A DNA stretch of 64,000 nt from Lachnospiraceae bacterium (lineage in GTDB: Bacteria; Bacillota; Clostridia; Lachnospirales; Lachnospiraceae): contig JAIKVT010000076.1 of assembly GCA_024685495.1 (NCBI GenBank), positions 37,899 to 101,898 on the forward strand, in the 5' to 3' direction. Shown here piece after piece: positions 1 to 9,401 of the stretch. A model generated the notes under the pieces. It ran no database searches. It saw nothing but the letters and a program-made list of their open reading frames with translations, and had not been told where the DNA came from. Made by a program: the position numbers and the translations under genes. Within the stretch, counting starts at the first letter, position 1. Each line of letters opens with the position of its first letter.

Positions 1-857
1 GTCTTACTAAGGGAAATTACGATCTTCAGTCTCTTAATTTCTTAGAGAGCGAAAGCGTTCCCGAAAAATGCAGAATTCTTATAATTAATGCGCCGTCTAC
101 TGATTTATCAAAAGATGATGTCGCTAAGATTCAAAGTTACGCGGATGCAGGCGGCAATATAATATTTAATATTGCAAATGTTAATTCCAATGCCAGGGCT
201 GTAGTATCCATAAATGATATGCCTAATTATAAGGGATTGCTTGAAAGCTACGGCTTTACCGTAAAGAACGGTGTTGTATGTGAAGAGACAAGCGGATATT
301 ATTACAGACAAAATTATGCGCTTCTTCCTGAAGTCTTAGAGTCTGACGTATCTACAGAAATTGCCGGAAAGCAATCAGTGCTTTTATACAGTGCAACAGC
401 TGTTGATTATACTGAAAGCGAAGGCACAACAATAACACCGCTTCTTAAGACTTCGGATGACGCCTTTATTAAAGCTAATCTCGATGGTTCGCAAGGAAGC
501 AGTACGGAGAAAACTGATAACGATGAGAGCGGAAGTTTCTACCTTGGCTTAGAAGAGACAAGATCAAACGGCTCAACAATAATTCTTTACGGTTGTCAAT
601 ATCTGTTTAATGATGATATGGACAGTTATGTGTACGGACATAACTCTAAGTTGTTTACTAATACCATAACTGCTTTAGCGGATGACGGAAATAATGATGT
701 GTCTTCTGTTATAATTCCTTCTAAATCATTAAAGACAGAGTCTATAATGGTTACCGGTGCAGCACTTATAATTTACGGTGTATTATGGGGACTTCTTATA
801 CCGCTTGCTTGTTTGATAGCAGGTATTGTAATTTGGGCAATACGTAGGAAAAAGTAA
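1..857 (+). CDS. GldG-like ABC-transporter-associated protein, C-terminal part (5' end outside window)
   Basis: Frame 3 is open from the window edge (LTKGNYDLQSLNF...ILIINAPSTDLSKDDV...) into the listed 219..857 ORF. C-terminal TM helix (AALIIYGVLWGLLIPLACLIAGIVIW) followed by RRKK. Family assignment is from memory of GldG-type proteins only. Confidence 0.5.
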   Translation, partial: LTKGNYDLQSLNFLESESVPEKCRILIINAPSTDLSKDDVAKIQSYADAGGNIIFNIANVNSNARAVVSINDMPNYKGLLESYGFTVKNGVVCEETSGYYYRQNYALLPEVLESDVSTEIAGKQSVLLYSATAVDYTESEGTTITPLLKTSDDAFIKANLDGSQGSSTEKTDNDESGSFYLGLEETRSNGSTIILYGCQYLFNDDMDSYVYGHNSKLFTNTITALADDGNNDVSSVIIPSKSLKTESIMVTGAALIIYGVLWGLLIPLACLIAGIVIWAIRRKK

Positions 858-900
858 ATATATATAAACCCGCTTTAAGGGTTGATTTAAATGTGTTTTA

Positions 901-973
901 AAAGGCGCAAGAAAAGAGTGTGAAACAAAAACTATGTTTAATTCATTTTCTTGTGCCTTTTTTTTATTTTTTT
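901..973 (+). terminator. Intrinsic terminator after the GldG-like gene
   Basis: AAAGGCGCAAGAAAA (901-915) pairs with TTTTCTTGTGCCTTT (946-960). It has a large loop containing an inner AAACA/TGTTT hairpin and is followed by a long T-run. Confidence 0.6.
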
Positions 974-1118
974 ACAAAAAAACACAACATTTAGTTACCA
1001 ATTATTATTTTATATGTAAAATATGCTAGACAAGAGCAACGAAATCTAGTAATATTAAATAAATGTATGATTATGTGCTTTTATATGATACATAATAAGA
1101 ATCGGGTGGTGTTTAGTT

Positions 1119-1913
1119 TTGGATTTAGCGTCTCTAATCGGATTAGTCGGTGGTATCGGATTAATGGTGTTTGGAATCATCTCTAATGGTGGTTCTATTC
1201 CCAGTTATTTGGATTTGCCGTCTTTTATTATTACATTTGGTGGTTCGCTTATGTCCACTATGGCATCTTTTAAGCTTAAGGACTTTATTAACGGACTCAA
1301 AGGAGTCTTGCTTACGATTCAAGAGCCTAAAGTGGGTAATATTAACGATGTAATTACAACAATTATAGATATGTCTAATGTGGCGAGAAAAGAAGGATTG
1401 TTAGCTCTTGAAGAAGCCGGTGGAGATGTTGATGATGAGTTCCTTAAGAAAGGTATAATGCTTGTCGTTGACGGTACTGATCCGGAACTTGTAAGAGGTA
1501 TCTTAGAGACAGACCTTGTATCTATAGAAACTCGTCATAAGAAAGTTATCGGTGTTTGGGAAAAATGGGCTGAAATGGGTCCTGCATGGGGTATGATCGG
1601 TACTCTTATCGGACTTATTCAGATGCTTAATAACATGTCGGATGCATCAACTATCGGACCGTCAATGGCCGTTGCGTTGATTACTACATTATATGGTTCC
1701 GTAATTGCTAACTGGCTTGCAAGTCCTACAGCTGCTAAGCTTGCTGTAAATAACTCATTAGAGATTATGCTTAAAGAGATTACCGTAGAAGGTCTTCTTT
1801 CAATTCAAGCCGGTGAGAACCCTCGTGTAATTGAAGAGAAACTTAAGACATTCCTTCCTCCGAATGAAAGAGGAGCATTAGATTCTGACGAAGAGGGCGG
1901 AGGTGAAGCTTAG
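1119..1913 (+). CDS. motA: Flagellar motor stator protein MotA
   Basis: 264 aa multi-TM protein with a MotA/ExbB-type C-terminal channel region (GPAWGMIGTLIGLIQML...ALITTLYG). TTG start 7 nt after GGTGGTG. Directly followed by motB. Confidence 0.93.
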   Translation: MDLASLIGLVGGIGLMVFGIISNGGSIPSYLDLPSFIITFGGSLMSTMASFKLKDFINGLKGVLLTIQEPKVGNINDVITTIIDMSNVARKEGLLALEEAGGDVDDEFLKKGIMLVVDGTDPELVRGILETDLVSIETRHKKVIGVWEKWAEMGPAWGMIGTLIGLIQMLNNMSDASTIGPSMAVALITTLYGSVIANWLASPTAAKLAVNNSLEIMLKEITVEGLLSIQAGENPRVIEEKLKTFLPPNERGALDSDEEGGGEA

Positions 1914-2737
1914 TGGCTAAGAAGAAACAAGAAGAGCCACCGAAAGGCTCCCCGGCCTGGATGGCCACGTTTAGTGACCTTATGAATTTGCTTCTTTGCT
2001 TCTTCGTATTGCTTTTCTCAATGTCAACAGTAGATGCAGAGAAGTTTGAAATGGTTGTTGAATCATTACAGGAATCTTTTTCGGTGCTTCCTGCCGGAGG
2101 AACATCGGTTGGTGAAGGTCAGTTGATTTCTTCGGGAACACAGATGCTAGAGCAATTTGATATGTTTCTTAATGCTTCATCAGGATCTGCCGGGGAGAAT
2201 CAGAATGATCAGAAGGCACCGACAGAGCAGGAACAGACAGATCAATATGTTGCTAAAGCTACCGCTGAAAGCGAAAGCATGGCTGAACAGATAGAGCAAG
2301 CTTTGCAGGCTGCAGCTTTACAGAATATGGTAGAGACTGAGTTTAACGGTCAATATGTTAAGCTTACACTTAACGGAGCATTGCTGTTTGACTCGGGTGA
2401 AGCTACAGTCAAACCTGAAGCGACAGAAATAATTCAGAAATTAGCAACAATATTAGAATCTTATCAGAGTAATGAGATAGATATAGAAGGTCATACTGAT
2501 AATGTTCCGATGACCGGTTCCGATCAATATGAGAACAATAATGTTCTTTCTATGTATCGAGCTCTTAATGTAGCTGATATGATTAGGGGATTTTCCAATA
2601 TCCCTGCAGAGCATATTAAGTCATCCGGTAGAGGAGATTATGTACCAATTGCCGATAACTCCACTGCTGAAGGAAGAGCAAGGAACAGAAGAGTAGAGAT
2701 TAAAGTATATAATTCATATTCATCAGATGTGAATTAA
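1913..2737 (+). CDS. motB: Flagellar motor stator protein MotB (OmpA-like C-terminus)
   Basis: N-terminal TM with conserved Asp context (WMATFSDLMNLLLCFFVLLF). C-terminal OmpA-like peptidoglycan-binding motif (GHTDN...NRRVEI). GTG start overlaps the motA stop by 1 nt. Confidence 0.93.
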   Translation: MAKKKQEEPPKGSPAWMATFSDLMNLLLCFFVLLFSMSTVDAEKFEMVVESLQESFSVLPAGGTSVGEGQLISSGTQMLEQFDMFLNASSGSAGENQNDQKAPTEQEQTDQYVAKATAESESMAEQIEQALQAAALQNMVETEFNGQYVKLTLNGALLFDSGEATVKPEATEIIQKLATILESYQSNEIDIEGHTDNVPMTGSDQYENNNVLSMYRALNVADMIRGFSNIPAEHIKSSGRGDYVPIADNSTAEGRARNRRVEIKVYNSYSSDVN

Positions 2738-2766
2738 TAATAATACTAAATATGTGAGGTTTATTG

Positions 2767-3309
2767 ATGAAGAAGAGTCTATTAACGGTGATAACATTTG
2801 TACTTGTACTCATTAATCTTGGACTTACCGGAGTACTTACTTTTGTGCTTGTACCATATGTATCGTCAGCAAATAAGCTGGTATCATCTGTGGCTACTGC
2901 AATTGAATTAGAACAAAAAGCCGGAGCTGCTCAAGAACAAAGCGGCAATTCAGCAAGTACTTATCCTATCGATCAGATTGAAGTATATGATCTTAATAAA
3001 GAAGCTGATGATAAGGGGATGACAATTAACCTTAAAAAAGGAGCTGACGGCAAGGACCATTATGCAGTAATTAAGGTTAATCTTTCTATAAATAAAGAAA
3101 GTGAAGTTTATAGCAAGTATTACGAGACTCTTGATACTAAGAAGAGTTTGATTCAGACAGAGATTAACAACGTTGTATCACAATATACTGTTGATGAGAT
3201 TAGAGAAAATCAACAAGCTGTTCAAGATGAGATATTGAAGAGACTTCAGAGTATGTTTGGCGAAGACTTTATAGTTGGCGTTGGTTTCTCAAGTGCTACT
3301 TATCAATAA
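2767..3309 (+). CDS. fliL: Flagellar basal-body-associated protein FliL
   Basis: ~180 aa, single N-terminal TM, positioned between motB and fliM as in Clostridia and Bacilli. ATG at 2767 lies 7 nt after GAGG; the TTG at 2764 is an alternative start. Confidence 0.85.
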   Translation: MKKSLLTVITFVLVLINLGLTGVLTFVLVPYVSSANKLVSSVATAIELEQKAGAAQEQSGNSASTYPIDQIEVYDLNKEADDKGMTINLKKGADGKDHYAVIKVNLSINKESEVYSKYYETLDTKKSLIQTEINNVVSQYTVDEIRENQQAVQDEILKRLQSMFGEDFIVGVGFSSATYQ

Positions 3310-3329
3310 AGTAAAGGTGGTGAGAACTC

Positions 3330-4316
3330 GTGGGAGACGTATTATCTCAAAGTGAGATAGATAACCTGTTACAAGCTCTTAGTTCCGGCGAGATTGATGC
3401 CGAAGAAATGAAAAGTAGTAGTTCTGAGAAGCAGGTGAAGGATTATGATTTTGCCCGTCCTTCCAAGTTCTCAAAAGAACATCTCAGGACACTTGAAATT
3501 ATATTTGAACATTATGGACGATTACTTTCGACCAATTTACCTGTTTACCTTCGTAAGAATGTACAGGTAGAGGTTATGAACTCCGAAGCTGTTACATATA
3601 TGGAGTTTTCAAATGCGTTATCGAATCCTGTACTTCTCGGAATTGTAGATTTCTCTCCGTTGGAAGGCAGTATCATAATGGAGATGGCTTCTAAGCTTGG
3701 ATATGCTATAGTAGATAGAATGCTTGGTGGAGAAGGAGAACCCTTAGATAAAGTAAGAGATTTCTCTGAAATTGAGCTATCTATTGTAGAAAGAATAATG
3801 ATAGCTTGTATTGAACTTCTTCGTGAGCCGTGGCAAAACGTTGTGGACGTTGTGCCAAGACTTGAGAGAATAGAGACAAATTCACAGTTTGCTCAAATCA
3901 TTTCTCCGTCGGAAATGATTGCAATCGTTACAGTTAATATAAAAATTGGAGAAGTCGAAGGCTTGATGAATGTCTGTCTTCCTTATATTACATTAGAGCC
4001 GGTAATGGATAAGTTGAATACTAAGTTCTGGTATTCTAATATGCAAGAGAGAGAAGACTTTGAATATAAAGACAATATTGAAGCTTTGATTTCTAAGGCG
4101 ACCATACCTGTTAAAGCGGTGCTTGGTAATAATGCCATATCAGTCGGTGATTTTGGGGCACTTCAGGTTGGTGATATAATTCGATTGGACAAGAAAGTCG
4201 ACAATGAGCTTGATATATATGTTGGAGATATGAAGAAGTTTACAGCTTTACCGGGATCTTCCGGTAATAGTTATGCGGTTCGTATTACAACTGTTATTAG
4301 GGAGGAAGAAGAATGA
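3330..4316 (+). CDS. fliM: Flagellar motor switch protein FliM
   Basis: N-terminal CheY-P binding motif LSQSEIDNLL. 328 aa with a SpoA-like C-terminus. GTG start after AAGGTGGTGAG. Confidence 0.95.
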   Translation: MGDVLSQSEIDNLLQALSSGEIDAEEMKSSSSEKQVKDYDFARPSKFSKEHLRTLEIIFEHYGRLLSTNLPVYLRKNVQVEVMNSEAVTYMEFSNALSNPVLLGIVDFSPLEGSIIMEMASKLGYAIVDRMLGGEGEPLDKVRDFSEIELSIVERIMIACIELLREPWQNVVDVVPRLERIETNSQFAQIISPSEMIAIVTVNIKIGEVEGLMNVCLPYITLEPVMDKLNTKFWYSNMQEREDFEYKDNIEALISKATIPVKAVLGNNAISVGDFGALQVGDIIRLDKKVDNELDIYVGDMKKFTALPGSSGNSYAVRITTVIREEEE

Positions 4317-5485
4317 GTGACGTTCTATCAGAAGAAGAAATTGCTGCTTTATTCGCTCAAAGTGCAGCGGAAGACGGAGACGGTGGTGGCGATTCTTCCG
4401 GTTCAGGTGGCGGCGCCGGCTCGATTGGCGAACAGTTAACTGAAGAAGAAATTGATACAATTAAAGAAATCGCCAATATTAGTATGGGAAGTGCGGCTAC
4501 AACGCTTTTCTCGCTTGTTAACAATAAGGTAGATATTTCAATACCGGATCCGAGTCTTGCGACATGGTCAGATATTGTTGATGAATATGAGAAGCCCTGT
4601 GTTTTAATTAAGATTTCATATACCAAAGGTCTTAATGGTAGTAATATCTTAGTATTATCAGAGCATGATGTTAAGGTTATCACGGATCTTATGATGGGCG
4701 GAGATGGTACTAACTTAGATGGTGAGCTTGGAGAGATTCATCTTAGTGCTATCAGTGAAGCGATGAACCAGATGATGGGATCTAGTGCTACATCACTTTC
4801 TCAGATGTTGGATATGATGGTGGATATCAGCCCGCCTTCATCAGATTTAATAGATTTACATGAGTCGGGAGACGGAAGTGAGATAGATGCTTTCTTAAAA
4901 GAGACATTTGTCAAAATTTCATTTAAATTACAAATCGGTGATTTGGTTGACAGTTTCCTGATGCAGTTATACCCGGTACCTCTTGTTAAGGAAATGGTAT
5001 CATTAGTCAGAGGTAATATGGAGTCAGATTCAGATTCGACTGTGAACGATGCGTCTGCTTCAAGTGAACCGGAACCTGCACCGGCTCCCGCACCGGCACC
5101 GGAGCCTGCTCCGGCACCTGCGCCGGCTCCACAAGCGGCACCGCCACCTCAGGCGGCACCTATGCAGATGGCACCGCCGCCGCAGCAACAGGTCAATGTT
5201 CAACCTGCTCAATTCCAACCTTTTGCAGGAACATATCCTACGGCTTTACAGCCTGAGAATATCGATTTGATTATGGATGTTCCATTAGAGGTTACCGTTG
5301 AACTGGGACGAACGCATAAGTCGATTCAAGAAATTCTTGATTTTGCACCCGGTACTATCTTAGAACTTAACAAGATTGCCGGTGAGCCTATAGATGTGTT
5401 AGTTAATGGCAAGTATGTTGCTAAAGGAGAAGTTGTAGTTATTGAAGAATCCTTTGGTATTCGAATTACTGAAATTATGAAATAA
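4313..5485 (+). CDS. fliY: Flagellar motor switch phosphatase FliY (CheC-like domains + FliN C-terminal domain)
   Basis: N-terminal LSEEEIAALF peptide and CheC-like repeats. C-terminal FliN/SpoA domain (VELGRT...ILELNKIAGEPIDVLVNGK). ATGA overlap with the fliM stop. Confidence 0.93.
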   Translation: MSDVLSEEEIAALFAQSAAEDGDGGGDSSGSGGGAGSIGEQLTEEEIDTIKEIANISMGSAATTLFSLVNNKVDISIPDPSLATWSDIVDEYEKPCVLIKISYTKGLNGSNILVLSEHDVKVITDLMMGGDGTNLDGELGEIHLSAISEAMNQMMGSSATSLSQMLDMMVDISPPSSDLIDLHESGDGSEIDAFLKETFVKISFKLQIGDLVDSFLMQLYPVPLVKEMVSLVRGNMESDSDSTVNDASASSEPEPAPAPAPAPEPAPAPAPAPQAAPPPQAAPMQMAPPPQQQVNVQPAQFQPFAGTYPTALQPENIDLIMDVPLEVTVELGRTHKSIQEILDFAPGTILELNKIAGEPIDVLVNGKYVAKGEVVVIEESFGIRITEIMK

Positions 5486-5503
5486 TTTTAAGGAGAGTAG
5501 AAA

Positions 5504-5866
5504 ATGGCAAAAAATATTTTAATTTGTGATGACGCTGCATTTATGAGGATGATGATTAAAGATATTCTCACAAAGAACGGTTACAACGTAGTCGGTGAAG
5601 CGGAAAACGGACTTAAAGCTATTGATGCTTATCAGGAACATAATCCGGACCTTGTTCTTATGGACATTACGATGCCTGAAATGGATGGAATTGATGCATT
5701 AAAAGGTATCAGAGAGAAAGATCCTAACGCTTGCGTAATTATGTGTTCTGCTATGGGTCAGCAGGCTATGGTTATCGAAGCCATTCAATCGGGAGCAAAG
5801 GATTTTATTGTTAAACCTTTCCAAGCAGAGCGTGTTTTAGAAGCTGTTAAGAAGGTTATCGGATAG
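5504..5866 (+). CDS. cheY: Chemotaxis response regulator CheY
   Basis: 120-aa stand-alone receiver with N-terminal acidic pair (ICDDAAFM), phospho-Asp context LVLMDITMPEMDG and FIVKPF. RBS AAGGAG. Confidence 0.96.
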   Translation: MAKNILICDDAAFMRMMIKDILTKNGYNVVGEAENGLKAIDAYQEHNPDLVLMDITMPEMDGIDALKGIREKDPNACVIMCSAMGQQAMVIEAIQSGAKDFIVKPFQAERVLEAVKKVIG

Positions 5867-5874
5867 GAGCTTAG

Positions 5875-6240
5875 ATGATTTCAACAGGCCAGAGCTTCTT
5901 TCAGTTAATCATTGTACTTTTATGCTTTGTCGGTGTACTTGTACTGGCATATTTTACGACTAGATGGCTGGCTAATTATCAAAAAGGGCGTTCTTTTAAT
6001 AAGAATCTTAAGATAATTGAGACTATTAAGCTTTCCCCCGATAAATACGTTCAGATAGTAGCTTGCGGCAAAGAGCGTTATCTTATACTTGGATTAAGTA
6101 AAAATGAAGTTACAATGCTTGGCGAAATGACGGCTGATGAATTAATTGAAGTAGATACAATTATTTCTGATGACAATGAGCCGGGCAATGTTACTACGAC
6201 ATTCAGTCAGATTATTGACAAAATGAAATCCAAGAAATAG
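5875..6240 (+). CDS. fliO: Flagellar export apparatus protein FliO/FliZ
   Basis: 121 aa with a single N-terminal TM, located between cheY and fliP. Called on size, topology and position only. Confidence 0.75.
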   Translation: MISTGQSFFQLIIVLLCFVGVLVLAYFTTRWLANYQKGRSFNKNLKIIETIKLSPDKYVQIVACGKERYLILGLSKNEVTMLGEMTADELIEVDTIISDDNEPGNVTTTFSQIIDKMKSKK

Positions 6241-6256
6241 GGAATAGTGTACTAAA

Positions 6257-7078
6257 ATGAGTAAGTGGAAGAAAATATATTTTATTGCAAGTATTATTTG
6301 CTTGGCACTTGCAATTAGTATAGGCTGTGCTTTTTTCTTTACAGATACAGCTTACGCAACTGAATATGGGGCGACGTCTAATGCGCCTAATGCGAGTAAC
6401 CAAAGGACATCTACCGGAACAGGATTTAATCTTTCGTTTAACGGAGATACGGGTTCATTATCATCTACGGTAGAGATACTTATAATTCTTACGGTAATTG
6501 CGTTAGCACCTTCAATTCTTGTAATGCTTACCAGTTTTACAAGAATTATTGTTGTATTACACTTTACGAGGACAGCGCTTGGTACGCAAACTTCTCCGCC
6601 CAATCAGGTTATGATTGGTTTGGCGCTTTTTATTACTTTGTTTATAATGTGGCCTACCTTTTCGACTATATATACGGATGCTATTCAACCGTTCGATAGT
6701 GGGCAGATAACACAAGACGAGGCGTTAGAGAAGGCTGAAAAACCTTTACGTGATTTCATGTACGGGCAGACTCAGACTAAGGATCTTGATATGTTTTGTG
6801 AAATATCCAATACGACATATGAAGATTATGATGATATACCTTTTACTGTTCTTGTACCCAGTTTTATTCTAAGTGAACTTAGAACAGCATTTATTATAGG
6901 CTTTTTAATTTATATACCATTCATTGTTATAGATATGGTTGTATCTTCGGTGCTTATGTCTATGGGTATGATGATGTTGCCGCCGACTACCATATCGTTA
7001 CCGTTTAAGATTTTACTTTTTATTTTAGCTGATGGATGGAATCTTGTTATAGGTAGTCTTATTAAGACATTCTATTAG
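6257..7078 (+). CDS. fliP: Flagellar type III export protein FliP
   Basis: 273 aa with signal-like N-terminus and conserved FliP core (LTSFTRIIVVL...ALGTQ..PPNQV...FLIYIPFIVIDMVVSSVLMSMGMMMLPP). Confidence 0.96.
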   Translation: MSKWKKIYFIASIICLALAISIGCAFFFTDTAYATEYGATSNAPNASNQRTSTGTGFNLSFNGDTGSLSSTVEILIILTVIALAPSILVMLTSFTRIIVVLHFTRTALGTQTSPPNQVMIGLALFITLFIMWPTFSTIYTDAIQPFDSGQITQDEALEKAEKPLRDFMYGQTQTKDLDMFCEISNTTYEDYDDIPFTVLVPSFILSELRTAFIIGFLIYIPFIVIDMVVSSVLMSMGMMMLPPTTISLPFKILLFILADGWNLVIGSLIKTFY

Positions 7079-7149
7079 CTGTGAAGTGATTATTATTTTA
7101 TATCATGATTTGTGACAGTTTATTAATTCTTTGAGTTAGAGGTAATATT

Positions 7150-7419
7150 ATGACAGAAGGACAGGTTCTAGATATTGTTAGAGATGCTTTATACAATGTA
7201 ATAATTTGTTCGGCGCCTATACTTCTTATTTCGTTAGTTGTCGGACTTGTTATCAGTATTTTCCAGACGGTTACATCTATTCAAGAGCAGACACTTACCT
7301 TTGTGCCAAAGATTATAAGTGTATTTGTGGGAATAATTGTATTTGGTTCATGGATTGCCAATAATATTACAGGATTTATGACTAATCTCTGGTCGAATTT
7401 CAGCTTATATTTAGGCTAA
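7150..7419 (+). CDS. fliQ: Flagellar type III export protein FliQ
   Basis: 89 aa, two TM helices, QTVTSIQEQTLTFVPK motif, located between fliP and fliR. Confidence 0.95.
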   Translation: MTEGQVLDIVRDALYNVIICSAPILLISLVVGLVISIFQTVTSIQEQTLTFVPKIISVFVGIIVFGSWIANNITGFMTNLWSNFSLYLG

Positions 7420-7423
7420 GCTT

Positions 7424-8212
7424 ATGATTAATACAACATTTGAATTAAATTCTATAGAATATTTTCTGCTTATATTGACCAGAATATCAACGTTTGTATA
7501 TGTTGCTCCTTTTTTTGGACAACGTAATGTTCCGGGTCGTATAAAAGTGGGACTTTCAGTGTTTGTGGCGATACTTGTGTATTTTGGAGTATCACCTACT
7601 ATGCAAACATATTCAACTACACTCGGATATGGTTTTTTGGTTTTGATTGAGGGAATTACAGGCTTGCTAATTGGTTTTATGGCAAATATTTGTAATTCCA
7701 TTATTACTTTTGCGGGAACTATGATAGATATGCACGTTGGCTTATCTATGGCACAAGAGTATAACCCGACACTTCAAAGTCAGGTTACAGTATCCGGTGA
7801 GCTTTATTATTATTTTATAATGATGCTCCTTATTGTTACTAATATGCATCAATATATATTGAGGGCATTAATAGATTCGTTTTCAGTTATTAATTTGGGC
7901 GGTGCAAATTTTAATCCTGATACTATGCTTACACAGATGATTGCATTTATAACGGATTTATTTATTATCGCTTTTAGAATAACACTGCCGATCTTTGCTT
8001 GTGTAATGATTCTTAACTGTATTTTAGGTATTATGGCCAAAGTTGCCCCGCAGATGAATATGTTTGCGGTTGGTATTCAGATTAAAGTATTAGTTGGATT
8101 TTCAGTAATGTTTCTTACAATATTTTTACTTCCGGATATGGCAGACTTCATATTTAAAGAGATTAAGAACATGGTAACACTTACAATTAATAATATTACT
8201 CCTACAACATAA
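7424..8212 (+). CDS. fliR: Flagellar type III export protein FliR
   Basis: 262-aa polytopic membrane protein in the canonical fliPQR-flhB order. Confidence 0.93.
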   Translation: MINTTFELNSIEYFLLILTRISTFVYVAPFFGQRNVPGRIKVGLSVFVAILVYFGVSPTMQTYSTTLGYGFLVLIEGITGLLIGFMANICNSIITFAGTMIDMHVGLSMAQEYNPTLQSQVTVSGELYYYFIMMLLIVTNMHQYILRALIDSFSVINLGGANFNPDTMLTQMIAFITDLFIIAFRITLPIFACVMILNCILGIMAKVAPQMNMFAVGIQIKVLVGFSVMFLTIFLLPDMADFIFKEIKNMVTLTINNITPTT

Positions 8213-8227
8213 AAAGGGTGATAAGAA

Positions 8228-9355
8228 TTGGATGAGAGACTGATTTTACAATATAATTTACAGTTTTTTGCCAAAGATGGAGACGGCGGAGAGAAAACTG
8301 AACCCGCCACTGCCAAAAAGCTAGAAAAAGCAAGAGAAGAAGGACAGGTAACTAAATCGCAAGAACTTGGTAACGCAGCAAGTCTTGTGGCGCTTTTTAT
8401 AGCACTTAGAGTATTTATATCATTTGTCGGTGAAAGAATGGTGGGTAGTTTTACCAGAATATTTAATGCTATTCCGGATGTTGTTGCTACCGACAGAAAA
8501 GGATTATCTACTACGACTGTAAGCAGTGTGATATTAGATAGTATTTTACAGATACTTATTATGTGTGCCCCTTTTTTTATAATTGGTGTTGTTGTTGCAT
8601 TTATTGTTACTGTTGTACAGGTTAAATTAAAAGTAACGCTTAAGCCGTTGATGCCTAAGTTTTCTAAATTTAACCCTGTGAATGGATTTAAAAGAATTTT
8701 TTCCACACAATCTATTTTCAATTTGCTTTTATCGATTGTTAAAATAATTCTTATTTTCTATATCGCTTACATGTCAATTAAAGATCATGCGAATGAATTG
8801 TTTATTCTATATGATTTATCACTTTGGCAGGCAATTGGACTTATAGGTGACATTATTATTGATACCGGTCTAAGAATTGCACTTGTATATATAATTGTCG
8901 GTATTGCAGATTATATCTTCCAAAGACATAAGTTTAACGAAGATATGAAAATGACTAAAAAAGAAATAAAAGATGAATATAAGGATGCTGAAGGAGATCC
9001 TCAGATTAAAGGACAGCAACGACAACGTATGCGAGAAGCGTCTATGCGTCGTATGATGCAGGATGTACCTAAAGCTGATGTAGTTATCACTAACCCGACA
9101 CATGTTGCTGTAGCATTAACATATAATGTGGGAGAGTCAGGAGCTCCCGTAGTTATCGCTAAAGGAATTGATTTTCTTGCAGAAAGAATTAAAGAAGTTG
9201 CAAGAGATAATGATATATTAGTAAAAGAAGATGTGTACTTAGCCAGAAGCTTATATGCGGCTTGTGATATAGGTCAGGAGATTCCGCCTGAATTATATGA
9301 GGCTGTTGCAGTAATTCTTGCTGAAATTAACAGATTTAATCCTAATTTAAGATAG
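8228..9355 (+). CDS. flhB: Flagellar type III export switch protein FlhB
   Basis: N-terminal GEKTEPATAKKLEKAREEGQV and the autocleavage motif NPTH (VVITNPTHVAVAL). TTG start after AAGGGTGA. Confidence 0.96.
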   Translation: MDERLILQYNLQFFAKDGDGGEKTEPATAKKLEKAREEGQVTKSQELGNAASLVALFIALRVFISFVGERMVGSFTRIFNAIPDVVATDRKGLSTTTVSSVILDSILQILIMCAPFFIIGVVVAFIVTVVQVKLKVTLKPLMPKFSKFNPVNGFKRIFSTQSIFNLLLSIVKIILIFYIAYMSIKDHANELFILYDLSLWQAIGLIGDIIIDTGLRIALVYIIVGIADYIFQRHKFNEDMKMTKKEIKDEYKDAEGDPQIKGQQRQRMREASMRRMMQDVPKADVVITNPTHVAVALTYNVGESGAPVVIAKGIDFLAERIKEVARDNDILVKEDVYLARSLYAACDIGQEIPPELYEAVAVILAEINRFNPNLR

Positions 9356-9401
9356 ATTTGTACATTGATTTATAGAAGTTTTATGAAAGGAGGAAAGACT
9401 T

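Noticed and set aside
960-1118. Sigma-28 (TAAA-N15-GCCGATAT) or sigma-A promoter upstream of motA
   Set aside because: The best candidate is TAAA followed by ..ACGAAAT. It has the wrong spacing and only partial -10 identity. Several weak sigma-A-like hexamer pairs exist in this AT-rich spacer, but none is convincing, so no promoter is called.
5049-5270. 73-aa alternative-frame ORF (and minus-strand ORFs 4248..4460 and 4357..4683) within fliY
   Set aside because: These are open only because of the GC-rich Pro/Ala-coding and Gly-coding stretches of fliY. Their Arg/His/Leu-rich translations are typical of out-of-frame reading.
8077-8721. 214-aa ORF on the minus strand
   Set aside because: It lies entirely antisense to the fliR end and flhB, which have clear family motifs. 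It has a low-complexity Ser/Thr/Leu/Ile-rich translation and no recognisable SD or promoter. This is a typical shadow ORF of a well-supported gene.
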